Of a stretch of 64,000 nt of DNA, positions 1 to 10,200 are shown in pieces. Both the position numbers and the translations under genes were made by a program. Below the pieces are notes generated by a model, which did not search any database, was not told the DNA's origin, and worked only from the letters and a program-made list of their open reading frames with translations. Position 1 is the first letter of the stretch. Each line of letters starts with the position of its first letter. The DNA comes from Patescibacteria group bacterium (lineage in GTDB: Bacteria > Patescibacteriota > Patescibacteriia > Patescibacteriales > JBAZCA01), in NCBI GenBank assembly GCA_041671125.1, contig JBAZCA010000004.1, forward strand, positions 87,029 through 151,028. Direction: 5' to 3'.

Positions 1-2325
1 ACGACTTATTGTTTAAATACGAATACCAGTATTCGGAGCGCGGCTGGCGGATTTATCAGATTCATTAGAGAAAGACTTTATGTGTTTTTAGGCAAAACGG
101 CGGTTTTTCGGCGGGGGCTGGTATTCAATAAAACGAGCGGCAGTTTGGATTTGGGCAAGGGAACGGAAGTTTCCAAAGTTAAGCGGGGAAAAATAGTCGT
201 CACTAATTTTGCCGGAAGAAAAGAGGGAAGCGAAGGCGCGAGCTGGAAAGAATTATCGGCGGGGGACTGGGGCGCGGATTATTATGAAAATATAAATTCA
301 ATCGCCGGACAGGGCGGATATATTTATCTTTCTGATAAAGACGAGCGGAGGATAATAAGAACCGATGAAAAAAACGCGACAATCCTTGGCGACGCGAGCT
401 GGGGCTGGATCCCTGAAGATATAGCGGTTGATTTGGACTCTATGATTTATATTACTAGTTCTTTAAACGAACATGACGAAACGGCTCTTACCGGCTTTAA
501 TATTGTCAATCCCGAAGACGGGAGCGTGTATTATGCCGGGGATCGGGTTAAGATTTCCTGGAATTCATTCCCCGGAGCGGACGCTTACCGGCTGGTTTAC
601 AACAATGGCAAGGAAAACGCTGAAATAAAGACCGCCGAAACGATTGCGAATGTTGAGCTCAAATTTAGGGGAAATTATATTTTTAAAGTCGAGGCTTTAT
701 ACGGAGATGAGATATTGGCTCATACCGGTAATGAATTATCGCTTTTCGCGATAAATAAGAAAGAACAGGCTTTCAGGCTGCTATACCCAAAAAGTGGGTC
801 AGTTTTTGGATTAGGCGAAACCATAACGTTCTATTGGGACAGATATCAGGGGAGTTTTAAGAATCTTAATTATAAGCTGGAGTTTAAAAAGAGCGGACTT
901 TCCGTTCCGCCCGTTCCCATTGTTGAGAAGGACACTTCTTATGAGCTGATAATTGACGATAAAAATATGATCGGCGATTATGAATACATAGTAAGAGCTT
1001 ATGACGGGGACAGGTTCCTGGCCGCGGCGAATACCGGCGCGCTTTCAATCGCGGATAAATCTAAAGCTGATAGCCTTGATTTGGGAGGAAATATTTTTAA
1101 AACTAAAATTGACGGAGGAGGCTGGCGGCAGTTTTTGCCGGACCGGAAGAATAAGTTAGCGGTTAAAAGGTTTAACGCGCTAAAAGAATATCTTCAGGCG
1201 GCGAATAATGATCCAAAGGCTTTGTCTTTTAATAATCCTTCGGGGGTGGCGTTATCCGGCGGCTATATTTACATCGCCGATACCGGTAATAACAGGATTA
1301 TAAGGCTTGCTAAAAATGTGTTTTTTCCCGCTGATCTCGGCGATTACTTAATTGATTTAAAAGCGAATAACGGCAAAGACTGGTCGGCGAAAATCGCGGC
1401 TAACCGTAAAGCTGAGGCGGAAAATTACTGGCAGGTTTACAGTACCGGATCGTTAAACCTTAATAATCCCCGGGATATTTTTATCGGAAACAGCGCGTAT
1501 ATCGCCGACACGGGGAATAAAAGGGTTATATTCAGGAGAGGCAACGACTGGGTAAGTATAGGAGGCGAAGGATTTAACTGGGAGCCGAACCGGGTATATG
1601 CGATAGGCGACATGCTTTATGTCCTTGATTCTTTTAACGGGCGGATAGTTAAGATTGATATTTCCGACGGTTGCAACTCATATTTTACCAAAAGTTTGGC
1701 TTTGGGTAAAAGCTATTTTATTTTTGGAAGAAGGGGAGGAGAAAAAATGGAATGGACTTATCCGGTTGACATGCTTAATAAGTCAGGAAATTTTTATGTC
1801 GTTGATTCGGTCGGGGATTTTGGCTATTCGCTTATTACTGGAGGGAACAACCTTCTCTCCATCTATTCCCCTGAAAGCAGCCGGGACATTATGGATTCCG
1901 GCGCCCCCAACCCTTTTAACGCGGAAATTACCGCCTCCATCGCTACCGCCGATCATTTGGCGTCGTTCGGAATCGCTGACGGCTTTAATAGCGAAGAAGA
2001 CCATTACGTTGAGTGGATGCAGGGAGAAGGAATTTCCCACTGTCCTTCTATTTCCGGTTGCGCGACTTCAACCTGCCTCGGTCAATGGGATTGGGACAGT
2101 AATGCCGGAAATTGTTACCATTACACGCAAGGATGCTGCGAATACAGCACGTCAACGCCTTCCGTTTGCCTTCAGACTGGTTGTTGCGAGATTGAAACCG
2201 AGAATTGCCATGTTGGTTATTCGGTCAGTTTTAAGGATTATATTAAACCTTATAAAGATCAGGATTTAAACGATGATTTGATTTACGGCTGGATGGCGTC
2301 ATCAACCAGGGATAAGTGCGATTAG
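1..2325 (+). CDS. NHL-repeat / Ig-like-domain surface protein with Cys-rich C-terminal module (5' end probably outside window)
   Basis: ORF track gives 82..2325 (GTG), but the same frame has no stop back to position 1. NHL-like motifs: YIYLSDKDERRIIR, YIYIADTGNNRIIR, AYIADTGNKRVIF, LYVLDSFNGRIVKI. The last ~90 aa are Cys-rich (CPSISGCATSTC, GCCEY, GCCEIETENC). Confidence 0.6.
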   Translation, partial: TTYCLNTNTSIRSAAGGFIRFIRERLYVFLGKTAVFRRGLVFNKTSGSLDLGKGTEVSKVKRGKIVVTNFAGRKEGSEGASWKELSAGDWGADYYENINSIAGQGGYIYLSDKDERRIIRTDEKNATILGDASWGWIPEDIAVDLDSMIYITSSLNEHDETALTGFNIVNPEDGSVYYAGDRVKISWNSFPGADAYRLVYNNGKENAEIKTAETIANVELKFRGNYIFKVEALYGDEILAHTGNELSLFAINKKEQAFRLLYPKSGSVFGLGETITFYWDRYQGSFKNLNYKLEFKKSGLSVPPVPIVEKDTSYELIIDDKNMIGDYEYIVRAYDGDRFLAAANTGALSIADKSKADSLDLGGNIFKTKIDGGGWRQFLPDRKNKLAVKRFNALKEYLQAANNDPKALSFNNPSGVALSGGYIYIADTGNNRIIRLAKNVFFPADLGDYLIDLKANNGKDWSAKIAANRKAEAENYWQVYSTGSLNLNNPRDIFIGNSAYIADTGNKRVIFRRGNDWVSIGGEGFNWEPNRVYAIGDMLYVLDSFNGRIVKIDISDGCNSYFTKSLALGKSYFIFGRRGGEKMEWTYPVDMLNKSGNFYVVDSVGDFGYSLITGGNNLLSIYSPESSRDIMDSGAPNPFNAEITASIATADHLASFGIADGFNSEEDHYVEWMQGEGISHCPSISGCATSTCLGQWDWDSNAGNCYHYTQGCCEYSTSTPSVCLQTGCCEIETENCHVGYSVSFKDYIKPYKDQDLNDDLIYGWMASSTRDKCD

Positions 2326-2376
2326 CGCCGTGAGAATTTTTGTCTTGAACCGTATCCGGATGCGATGCGTTAATTT

Positions 2377-3405
2377 GTGTCAGGCGTTTGCGGATTAATG
2401 ATTGAAAAACAAATGGATTTACTGAGACAAGCAAAGAAGCTGTGTGAAATATATAAAATTACGCCTTCCCGCTCCAAAGGGCAGAATTTTTTAATCAATG
2501 AAAGCGTGTACACAAAAATTGTACAGGCGGCGGATTTGGATAAAAATGACATTGTGCTTGAAGTCGGGCCGGGACTTGGATTTTTAACGGCTAAGCTTGC
2601 TAAAGCCGTGAAAAGGGTTATTGCCGTAGAACTGGACGATAAGCTGGCGCAGGCTTTAAATGATGGGTTGGACGCGCATGGAATCAGGAACGTGGAAGTA
2701 ATAAACGAGGACATACTGAAAATTAAACATTCTGTCATTCTGAGGGAGCTTGCGACCGAAGAATCTATTATAGATCCTTCGTCCCGCCCCATAAAATGTG
2801 GGGCGGAACTCAGGATGACAAAGGGCTATAAAATAGTGGCTAATTTGCCATATAATATTACTTCCATATTTTTGCGTAAGTTTTTAAGTGAGATGGAAGT
2901 TAAGCCGGAGTCAATGACATTGCTTTTACAGAAAGAGGTGGCGGAAAGGATTGTCGCCAAACCGCCCAGGATGAGCGTTTTGGCGGTTTCGGTCCAATTT
3001 TACGCTGAGCCGAAAATTATCCGGAAAGTTTCCAATGGTAATTTTTGGCCCAGTCCGAAGGTGGATAGCGCGGTGATACAGTTAAAAGTTCAAAGTGATT
3101 TCTTAAACGTCATCCTGAGCGGAGCGAAGGATCTCGTGAACGGCGCTCCTGATGCGAGATTCTTCCCCCGCGAAATGCGGGGTCAGAATGACGGAGAGAA
3201 GAAATTTTTTAGGTTAGTGAAGTTTGGTTTTAGCTCAAAGCGGAGGATGCTAAAAAACAACCTGGCGGGCGGACTGAAAATCAGTAACGAGGAAGCGGAA
3301 AAGGCGCTCGCGGCCATCGGCCTCAATCCGAAAATCCGGGCCGAAGGTCTTTCGGTTGACGACTGGATAAAATTACTTGGCGAGCTGAATAAATATATGG
3401 TATAA
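2377..3405 (+). CDS. rsmA: 16S rRNA (adenine1518/1519-N6)-dimethyltransferase RsmA/KsgA, carrying two in-frame palindromic-element insertions
   Basis: Motifs SKGQNFL, VLEVGPGLGFLT (SAM-binding), VIAVELD, ANLPYNITS. True start may be ATG 2398 or 2413. About 342 aa, versus ~260-270 typical for the family. Confidence 0.9.
   Translation: MSGVCGLMIEKQMDLLRQAKKLCEIYKITPSRSKGQNFLINESVYTKIVQAADLDKNDIVLEVGPGLGFLTAKLAKAVKRVIAVELDDKLAQALNDGLDAHGIRNVEVINEDILKIKHSVILRELATEESIIDPSSRPIKCGAELRMTKGYKIVANLPYNITSIFLRKFLSEMEVKPESMTLLLQKEVAERIVAKPPRMSVLAVSVQFYAEPKIIRKVSNGNFWPSPKVDSAVIQLKVQSDFLNVILSGAKDLVNGAPDARFFPREMRGQNDGEKKFFRLVKFGFSSKRRMLKNNLAGGLKISNEEAEKALAAIGLNPKIRAEGLSVDDWIKLLGELNKYMV
2734..2819. repeat. 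Palindromic element, family R1 (GTCATTCTGAG...CTCAGGATGAC), in-frame inside ksgA
   Basis: Terminal inverted repeat gtcattctgag / ctcaggatgac with internal hairpins (cgcccca taaaa tggggcg). Translates as SVILRELATEESIIDPSSRPIKCGAELRMT. Confidence 0.8.
3109..3192. repeat. Palindromic element, family R1 (GTCATCCTGAG...GTCAGAATGAC), in-frame inside ksgA
   Basis: Ends gtcatcctgagc / ggtcagaatgac. Translates as VILSGAKDLVNGAPDARFFPREMRGQND. Confidence 0.8.
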
Positions 3406-3406
3406 T
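3398..3406 (+). promoter_or_regulatory. Extended -10 box TGGTATAAT
   Basis: Exact TGnTATAAT overlapping the ksgA stop codon, upstream of the 3480 gene. Confidence 0.3.
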
Positions 3407-3479
3407 ATCCGCAACGGATAACTGCCTGGTTGCAACAGCAATAACAAAATTTTTAAAATAAATTAAAGCTATTTTCCCC

Positions 3480-4223
3480 ATGCTTGATGACTTGGAAAAT
3501 AGAAATGTCGGCGGAGCCGGAGAGCAGAGGAACCAGTCGCCGGGTTTAAGAAAAAGCCAAAAGATTGCTGTGGCGGCTTTGGCGTTTTTTGCGTTGTTCA
3601 TTATGGTGATGTGGACTATCCAGTTTAAAAAAGGCCTTAGCGACCCTTTTGTCTATAAAGGGCCGGATACTTCTAATACCGCGGAAGGAAGCGCCTGCTC
3701 CGGACCCGACTGTCCGGCTGTCCAGGAAGCGCAAAAGAAAAAAGATACTGATAAAGACGGCTTAAGCGATTACGATGAAAATTATGTTTACAGGACTTCG
3801 GCGTACCTTGAAGATTCGGATTCGGACGGCTTAAGCGATAAAAAAGAAATTGACGCCAATAAAGACCCAAATTGCCCGGAAGGGAAAGAATGCTATCAAT
3901 CCCCGCTGATAAATTCCGAAGCCGGAGCCGAAGTGAATAACGGTGCTACCAACCAGAGCAATGAAGCGCTTAGTGAAATGCTGAAACAGTATGGTGCCAC
4001 GGATCCGGGCCTGATGCAAAATCCGTCAGCGGCTAGCGATGGTAGTCAGACTGGTTCCAGCCAAACGGGCGGGTCGGCGCAGGAATCGGCAACCGGTGAG
4101 ATAGACGCCAAGACTTTAAGACAATTGCTGATTGAACATGGAATGAATGAGCAGGCCTTAGCCGGAATCAGCGATGAGCAGCTGATGAAGAGTTTTGGCG
4201 AGGTGATGAGCCAGGGCCAGTAA
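3480..4223 (+). CDS. Membrane-anchored protein with two DxDxDGLSD calcium-binding (thrombospondin type 3-like) motifs
   Basis: One N-terminal hydrophobic helix (IAVAALAFFALFIMVMW). Motifs DTDKDGLSDYDE and DSDSDGLSDKKE. Confidence 0.5.
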   Translation: MLDDLENRNVGGAGEQRNQSPGLRKSQKIAVAALAFFALFIMVMWTIQFKKGLSDPFVYKGPDTSNTAEGSACSGPDCPAVQEAQKKKDTDKDGLSDYDENYVYRTSAYLEDSDSDGLSDKKEIDANKDPNCPEGKECYQSPLINSEAGAEVNNGATNQSNEALSEMLKQYGATDPGLMQNPSAASDGSQTGSSQTGGSAQESATGEIDAKTLRQLLIEHGMNEQALAGISDEQLMKSFGEVMSQGQ

Positions 4224-4289
4224 AATATATTTTTTGAAAAAGTTGGTTTTATAAAACATTTCAGCGGAGCGCGAGCGGCATGAATTAAT

Positions 4290-7200
4290 ATGGTTGGAAA
4301 AAAAGAAAAAAACAATAAGGTTATATCACTTTTGGTAATGATTTGTTTTTGCTTTTCAGTATCGGCGTCTGTTTTTATTTTCCCATTTTTTTCCCCTGAA
4401 GCAAAAGCGCAGAGTATAGGTCTCGAGGGAGCTACCTCGGAATTGGGGGGAATTGCCGCCGGAATGGGAATCACGGTTAAAGATCCTGGCGTAACGGCGG
4501 GGGTAGATAAAAATTATTTAGAGACTGCTACCGGCTGGCTGATGGATAGAGCGAGGGAAAATTGGAGAGATATGCTCTTTAACGCTTCCGCGCTGGCCTT
4601 TAAATCGGGTCTGCGGTTTTTTTTGAATGAGTTAGCTTACAACAGCGCCGTGTATCTCGCGACCGGCGATAAAGGGCAGACTCCGATGTTTTATACCGAT
4701 AGCTGGAAAGACTACCTGATAATGGCGGCGGACGGGGCGGCCGGCATGTTTTTAGATAAAATGGTAACGAATATCGGCAGCGCGACTGGCTGGTGGCAGA
4801 ATTTCAGCATTTGCGATCCGAATATAAACGTAAAAATTATGATCGCCCTCGGCCTCCGGCGGCAGATGTATGAGAGGCCGAGATGCACTTTTTCCCAGCT
4901 AACCGAGAATTGGGAATCCAAACTTTCCAGCCCGACTTTTTTAAATGATTTCCAGAATATGTTTAATCCCTGGGAGAGTGATATGGGAATCGCCTTAACC
5001 ATGCAGGCCGGAAGCGTTGATTACGCCCAAAAAGCGAAGGAGAATGCGACTTACCAGCGGCTGACAAACGATTTTAAGCCCATAACGGAAAAGATATCGG
5101 GATTTATAAAGAGTCCTTCCAGGGCGACGATGAAAGCCTTTGACAAGCCGATTGACGATTCGGACGCGCCGGAAAAAATATTCACCGGTTCTATGGCGGC
5201 GGATGCGATTGATATTTTTATCAGCACGTTAATCGGAAAACTGTTTGAGCAATGGCTGATGTCGGGGCTCGTATCCGAAGTGCCTTCCACTGTTGATTTG
5301 AGTAATCCGGAAATTGAAGCCTTAAATGATGATATTGAAGCCGCTAAAGAAAGATTTAGAAAATTAATAGAACCGCAGTTCGGCACGCGCGGCGATTATG
5401 ACATTTTAGTTGATTTAACATCCTGTCCGGATCCGTCTAAGCCCGGGCCGACCGATTGTGTGATAACGGAAAAATTTCGGCAGGCCGTCGCCAACCGGCT
5501 GACGGTCAAGGCGGCCATGGATCAGGGTTATCTTAATAAAAACGGAGTTTTCGGGTTCATCGCCGGAAAAAGCCTTGAGCCGAAGTTTGAAAACGGAGAT
5601 TATCCTTACCGTAGCCTCGTCATTTTAAGAAAATACCGGATTATTCCGGTCGGCTGGGAAATTGGCGCCCAGTATATAAAAATGGATAATCCTCAGGGCG
5701 GGAACGACCAAGGCAAGAATATCACTTTAAAGGAGATGGCGGAATGTTTTGAGGCTGATGACAACGTTGAAGGCTACGAAGAGCCTTGGTGTCGGGGACT
5801 CGTTGATCCGAATTGGGTCTTAAAGGCGCCTTTAAATTATTGCAAAAAGCTCGGTTACGGTCCGGAAATAATTTCAAAATCAATTACCGGCGATGGCGAT
5901 TCCAGCAAGACTAATATTTCAAGGAATGGCGATTATTGCGCTGACGAGCAGTCCTGCGTTAAAGAGAATTTTGACGGTTCCTGCCAGGTTTACGGCTATT
6001 GCTCCGAAGAGCGGAGAACCTGGAATTTTAATAACCGATCCTGCGATCCGAAATATAATACCTGCGAAATTTTTCGCTCGCGTTCCGGCAATACGGCTTC
6101 TTACCTTGAAAATACCCTGGACTATAACGGCTGTACGGCCGATAACGTCGGCTGTCTTGGTTATTGTAAGACCGAAAATTATGTTCCCGGCGTAAAAAAT
6201 ACGTCTTTTGTAATTGAGCAGGATTATGACGCCGGAGGAGGAAAGATTAGAACCAGGAAATGGGAACTCCCGGCGACTTTCCAGAATAATCAGACCGCCG
6301 CGGAATTTTATGGTTACCGGGACGCCCATTCGCTAATGGATAACCAATGGATTGTAAAAGCTGACCGGAGCGAATTTTTCATTCACTATAATACGGTTAC
6401 CGGAATATCCAGCATCGGCTGGCTCCATGACAAACCGCAACTGGTAAAGTGTCAGGCTTATATAAAACATCCGGAAGATCCTTATGACTCTCAGAGTGAA
6501 AATGACTGGTGTGTTGATTCCGCCAATCCAGGAGCCTGCGGTAACGGAGAAAATTGGCAGACGGCCGACCCTTCAGCTAACTGTTTTGATTTTGTCGAGT
6601 ATTGTAAGACCCATGAAGACGACAGATCTGACGAGGTAAATTGCGACGGCGGGGAAGCGGCGCTCGCGTTTAGTAAAATTACGGCCGGTAACAAAGTCGC
6701 GGTAAGGGATGACGCTGGAGACGCTAATAATAGCGGAATAGGAAATGAAATAAAACAAGGAGACAACTGGGAGGAAGGATGGACTAAAAAAAATACCGAC
6801 GGCGGCATGATTGAGATGCCGTCCGGGAACTGGGAAGTTGAGATCGCTCCGACGCTTACAGCCGGAATAAGCGAATTGGTTTTTGCTTATGAAGGAGGAA
6901 TGCTGGACGCGAGCCAAGGGTTTAAAGTGGTTTTGGGCGGAAGTAATTTGCCGTTTAGAATTAAGTCCAGCCCGGACACTTTAAGCGGAGAATGGCAATG
7001 CGAAGGAGCTAAAGATAAAATTTATTTTGACAAGGACGCGGAAAAATGCGATTCCGGAAACGAGGGTTGCCATGAATTCATAAGAACCAAAGCCGGAATC
7101 GGGGCGAACCTCCTTATCAATTCCGGGTTTGAGGATTATCTTGATATCGGCGGATGGGATAAATGGGGAAAAGCCGATTCTGATCGGAGAAGCGGGAGTA

Positions 7201-10200
7201 GCGCTTTGGCATTAAAAGACGGCGGCGTCAGCAAGGACGATGTTTCCCCGGGTCCGTGGGAAGTCGGCGAATATTTTACGCTTTCTTTATACGCGAAGAA
7301 TTGCGCGGGTCTTAAAGCTAAACTGGGAGACGCGGAGAGTGAGACCGGACTAAGCGGTTCTTCAGACTGGCAGAGGTTAATACTCAGCGCGAAAATGGAT
7401 GGTACGGGAATTGAAATAGCAATCGGGTTAAAAGAATACGCCGCCGGATGCGTTATAGACGACATAAAACTGGAAAGAAATGACAGCGCGAGCGACTGGA
7501 ACGAATATGGGGGGCCGGGAAAAATTTACGAAAAACTGATACCGGCTTATTTTGAAAACAGCGCGGAAAATGAAAACAGGAGCCATTGCTATGAAGATGT
7601 TAATCCGGACGACGGAGACGGTCTGGATTATACGTTCAGTAAAGACGCTTTGCCGGAATGTTCCAATTTTGCGAGAAAGTGCAATCCGGACGAAGCGAAT
7701 TGCGAATTATACACATCGATTCGGACTAAAGAAGCCATACCGGCGAAGATTTCAGCTAATGATTTATGCCCGTCAACCTGCGTTGGGTATGATATGTTCA
7801 TCCAAAAAGAAACCGGTTTTGATTCCGCGCGGCCCGAATACTTTATACCGAAAACCGCGAGAACCTGCGGTTATGTTTCAGCCGGATGCGATGAATTTAC
7901 CAATCTTGATGAACTGGAAAAAGGAGCGGAAAAAAAGGAGTATTATTCGGAGTTAAGGCAGTGCATAAAGCCCGCCGAGGCGGGCAGTCCCGGCTGTAAT
8001 GATTTTTACACCTGGGAAGGCTCAAGCGAAACCGGGTTCCAGCTTAAAGTTTTTCGGCTGAAGCAGGATGACGACGGCGAGGCAGGAGATCTATATAGCG
8101 GAGATCCGGCAATTACCGGAGATGATTCGGATAATTGCGGTGAAACCAGTTACGCCGACGGAACAGGAGGATCCGACTGCCGCCAGTTCTATAACCGCCA
8201 GGGCGGAATTTCTTACCACCTGTATTTAAAAACTATATCTTGCTCGGACGATTGCCATCCATACCGGCGGACGGAAAATAATACTTTAGATTCCGAGGCC
8301 AGGTGCAAAGAAGAATGTCCTGACTCAAACCAGGCCTGCGCCTGTTCAACAGACTGCGGAGCGGCCACGGGTAAGTTAAGCTGTAAAAAATCTAATACCG
8401 AGTATATTTATTGTAAAAACGGCGGAACCTGGCGAAATGACCATAATGCCTGCGTTTATTCGGCTATTCCGGGAGAAGGAAGAGCCTGCTCGGCCAGCCA
8501 GGCCGGTTGCCGCGAATATAACGGCAATAACGGCGCGAATGTCCGAACCATATTTTCCGATAATTTTGAAGACGGAACCGGTGATTGGACCGCGAACAAA
8601 GGGACGCTAGAGATTTCCGGCGAAGCGGTTTTTGTCGGCGAACATTCGCTCAAAGCTACCGTGAGCGGGACCGAAGTTGAACTTGTGAAACCGGTCGGAA
8701 CTTTGCTCGCGGATGATGATGAGAGTTCCTACATCTTAACTTTTACCGCCAAAAAATTAAAAGGAGGATCCGGCGGGCAGTGGATTGTTGACAATGGCAT
8801 CTATTTTTCAGACGGAACTGATAAGTCTTACTTTGAAATTGACGAGGAAACTAAAGCCGGCTTGGCCGGAGACGGAGACTGGCTTTTATATAAATTTAAT
8901 TTGAAAAAGCTTGATCATGCCGAAACCGACAAGGAAATTTTAGTAATTAAAGCTAATCAGGGATATTATATTGATAATATTAAACTCACGCAGACCATTG
9001 ACCGCTACTATCTTATTAAAAATTCCTGGAATACGCCCTTAGAATGTGATAACAAGATTGATGATCCTGAGGGGCAAAAGGCCTATGCGAGCGGAAGCGC
9101 CGGATGTAAAACAGCACTTCCGGATAGTGACGGAACTGTGAGGGCCTGCTTCCCCCAGGAAATGTTAAACTGCGACCAATATAAGGATCGGGAAAAGATT
9201 GATTACTACCTGAAAAGTTTTTCCGCGCTTTGCCAGGATTCGGCCGTCGGGTGCGAATTAATGGTTGATACCCATAATTCAACCAATCCGGAAGCAATGA
9301 GCTATGAAGACGGGGAAATAAGCGTGCCGGCCGATAATTTTATCTACGCGGTTTATGATAAGAAAAAAACCTGCAACGCGGCGGATAAAGGCTGCGAGCG
9401 GCTCGGCAAACCCTATAGTTATTCAGGCGATTCGGTTTATCAGAATGAATTTTTAAAGAATGACCCGGACGCGTATCCGAAGATTCTTTGCTCATCGTCC
9501 GAAGAAGGCTGCGAAGAATGGATCGCGACGGAGAGCGATAAAAATTATTTTAAGGATCCGGGCGACCAGGTCTGCGAATACCGGCAGGCTTTGGGATTGG
9601 GCGCGGGCTGGTGGAAAAAACAGGTAAAGAGATGCGACGACGGAAGCGGTGTCGGATCGTCGGTTAACGGAAAAATTGACGCGGAAATTAACGCCGAAGG
9701 CAATTCGGTCAAGGCTTCGGAGAATCAGATCTGCGTTGACACCGGCGGTTGCGGACGCACCGGAATAAAATGCGATTCTGACGAAGTTTGCGGAGCTTTT
9801 AGAACCTGCCTTGAAGGAGAGTGCCGCTATACCTGTATTCTGGACGCTAACAATTACGGTTGCCAGACTGATGCCAAAAAAGCTCCTAAAACCATAGGTT
9901 ATCCCGGAGCGCCAATAGAACAGCCGGACGAAGAAGAGATTAAAGACGTTAATGACATCGACAGAGACGGCAATACAGATGAAATAATTAAAACTATTAA
10001 ATGGGCCGGAGCCTGCCCGGCTTCTGAAGCAGGTTGTTCGGAATATATTGATCCGGTGAGCCGGTTTTTAACTAACGTTGTTTTTAATAGTGATTTTTCC
10101 CAGAACGTGGACAACGCGAACGGACCGGACGGCTGGAATTGCGACGCGAGGGAGGAAGATTGTTCGCAAGAACTGCAATTGTCTCCGAGCGCTCTGTATA

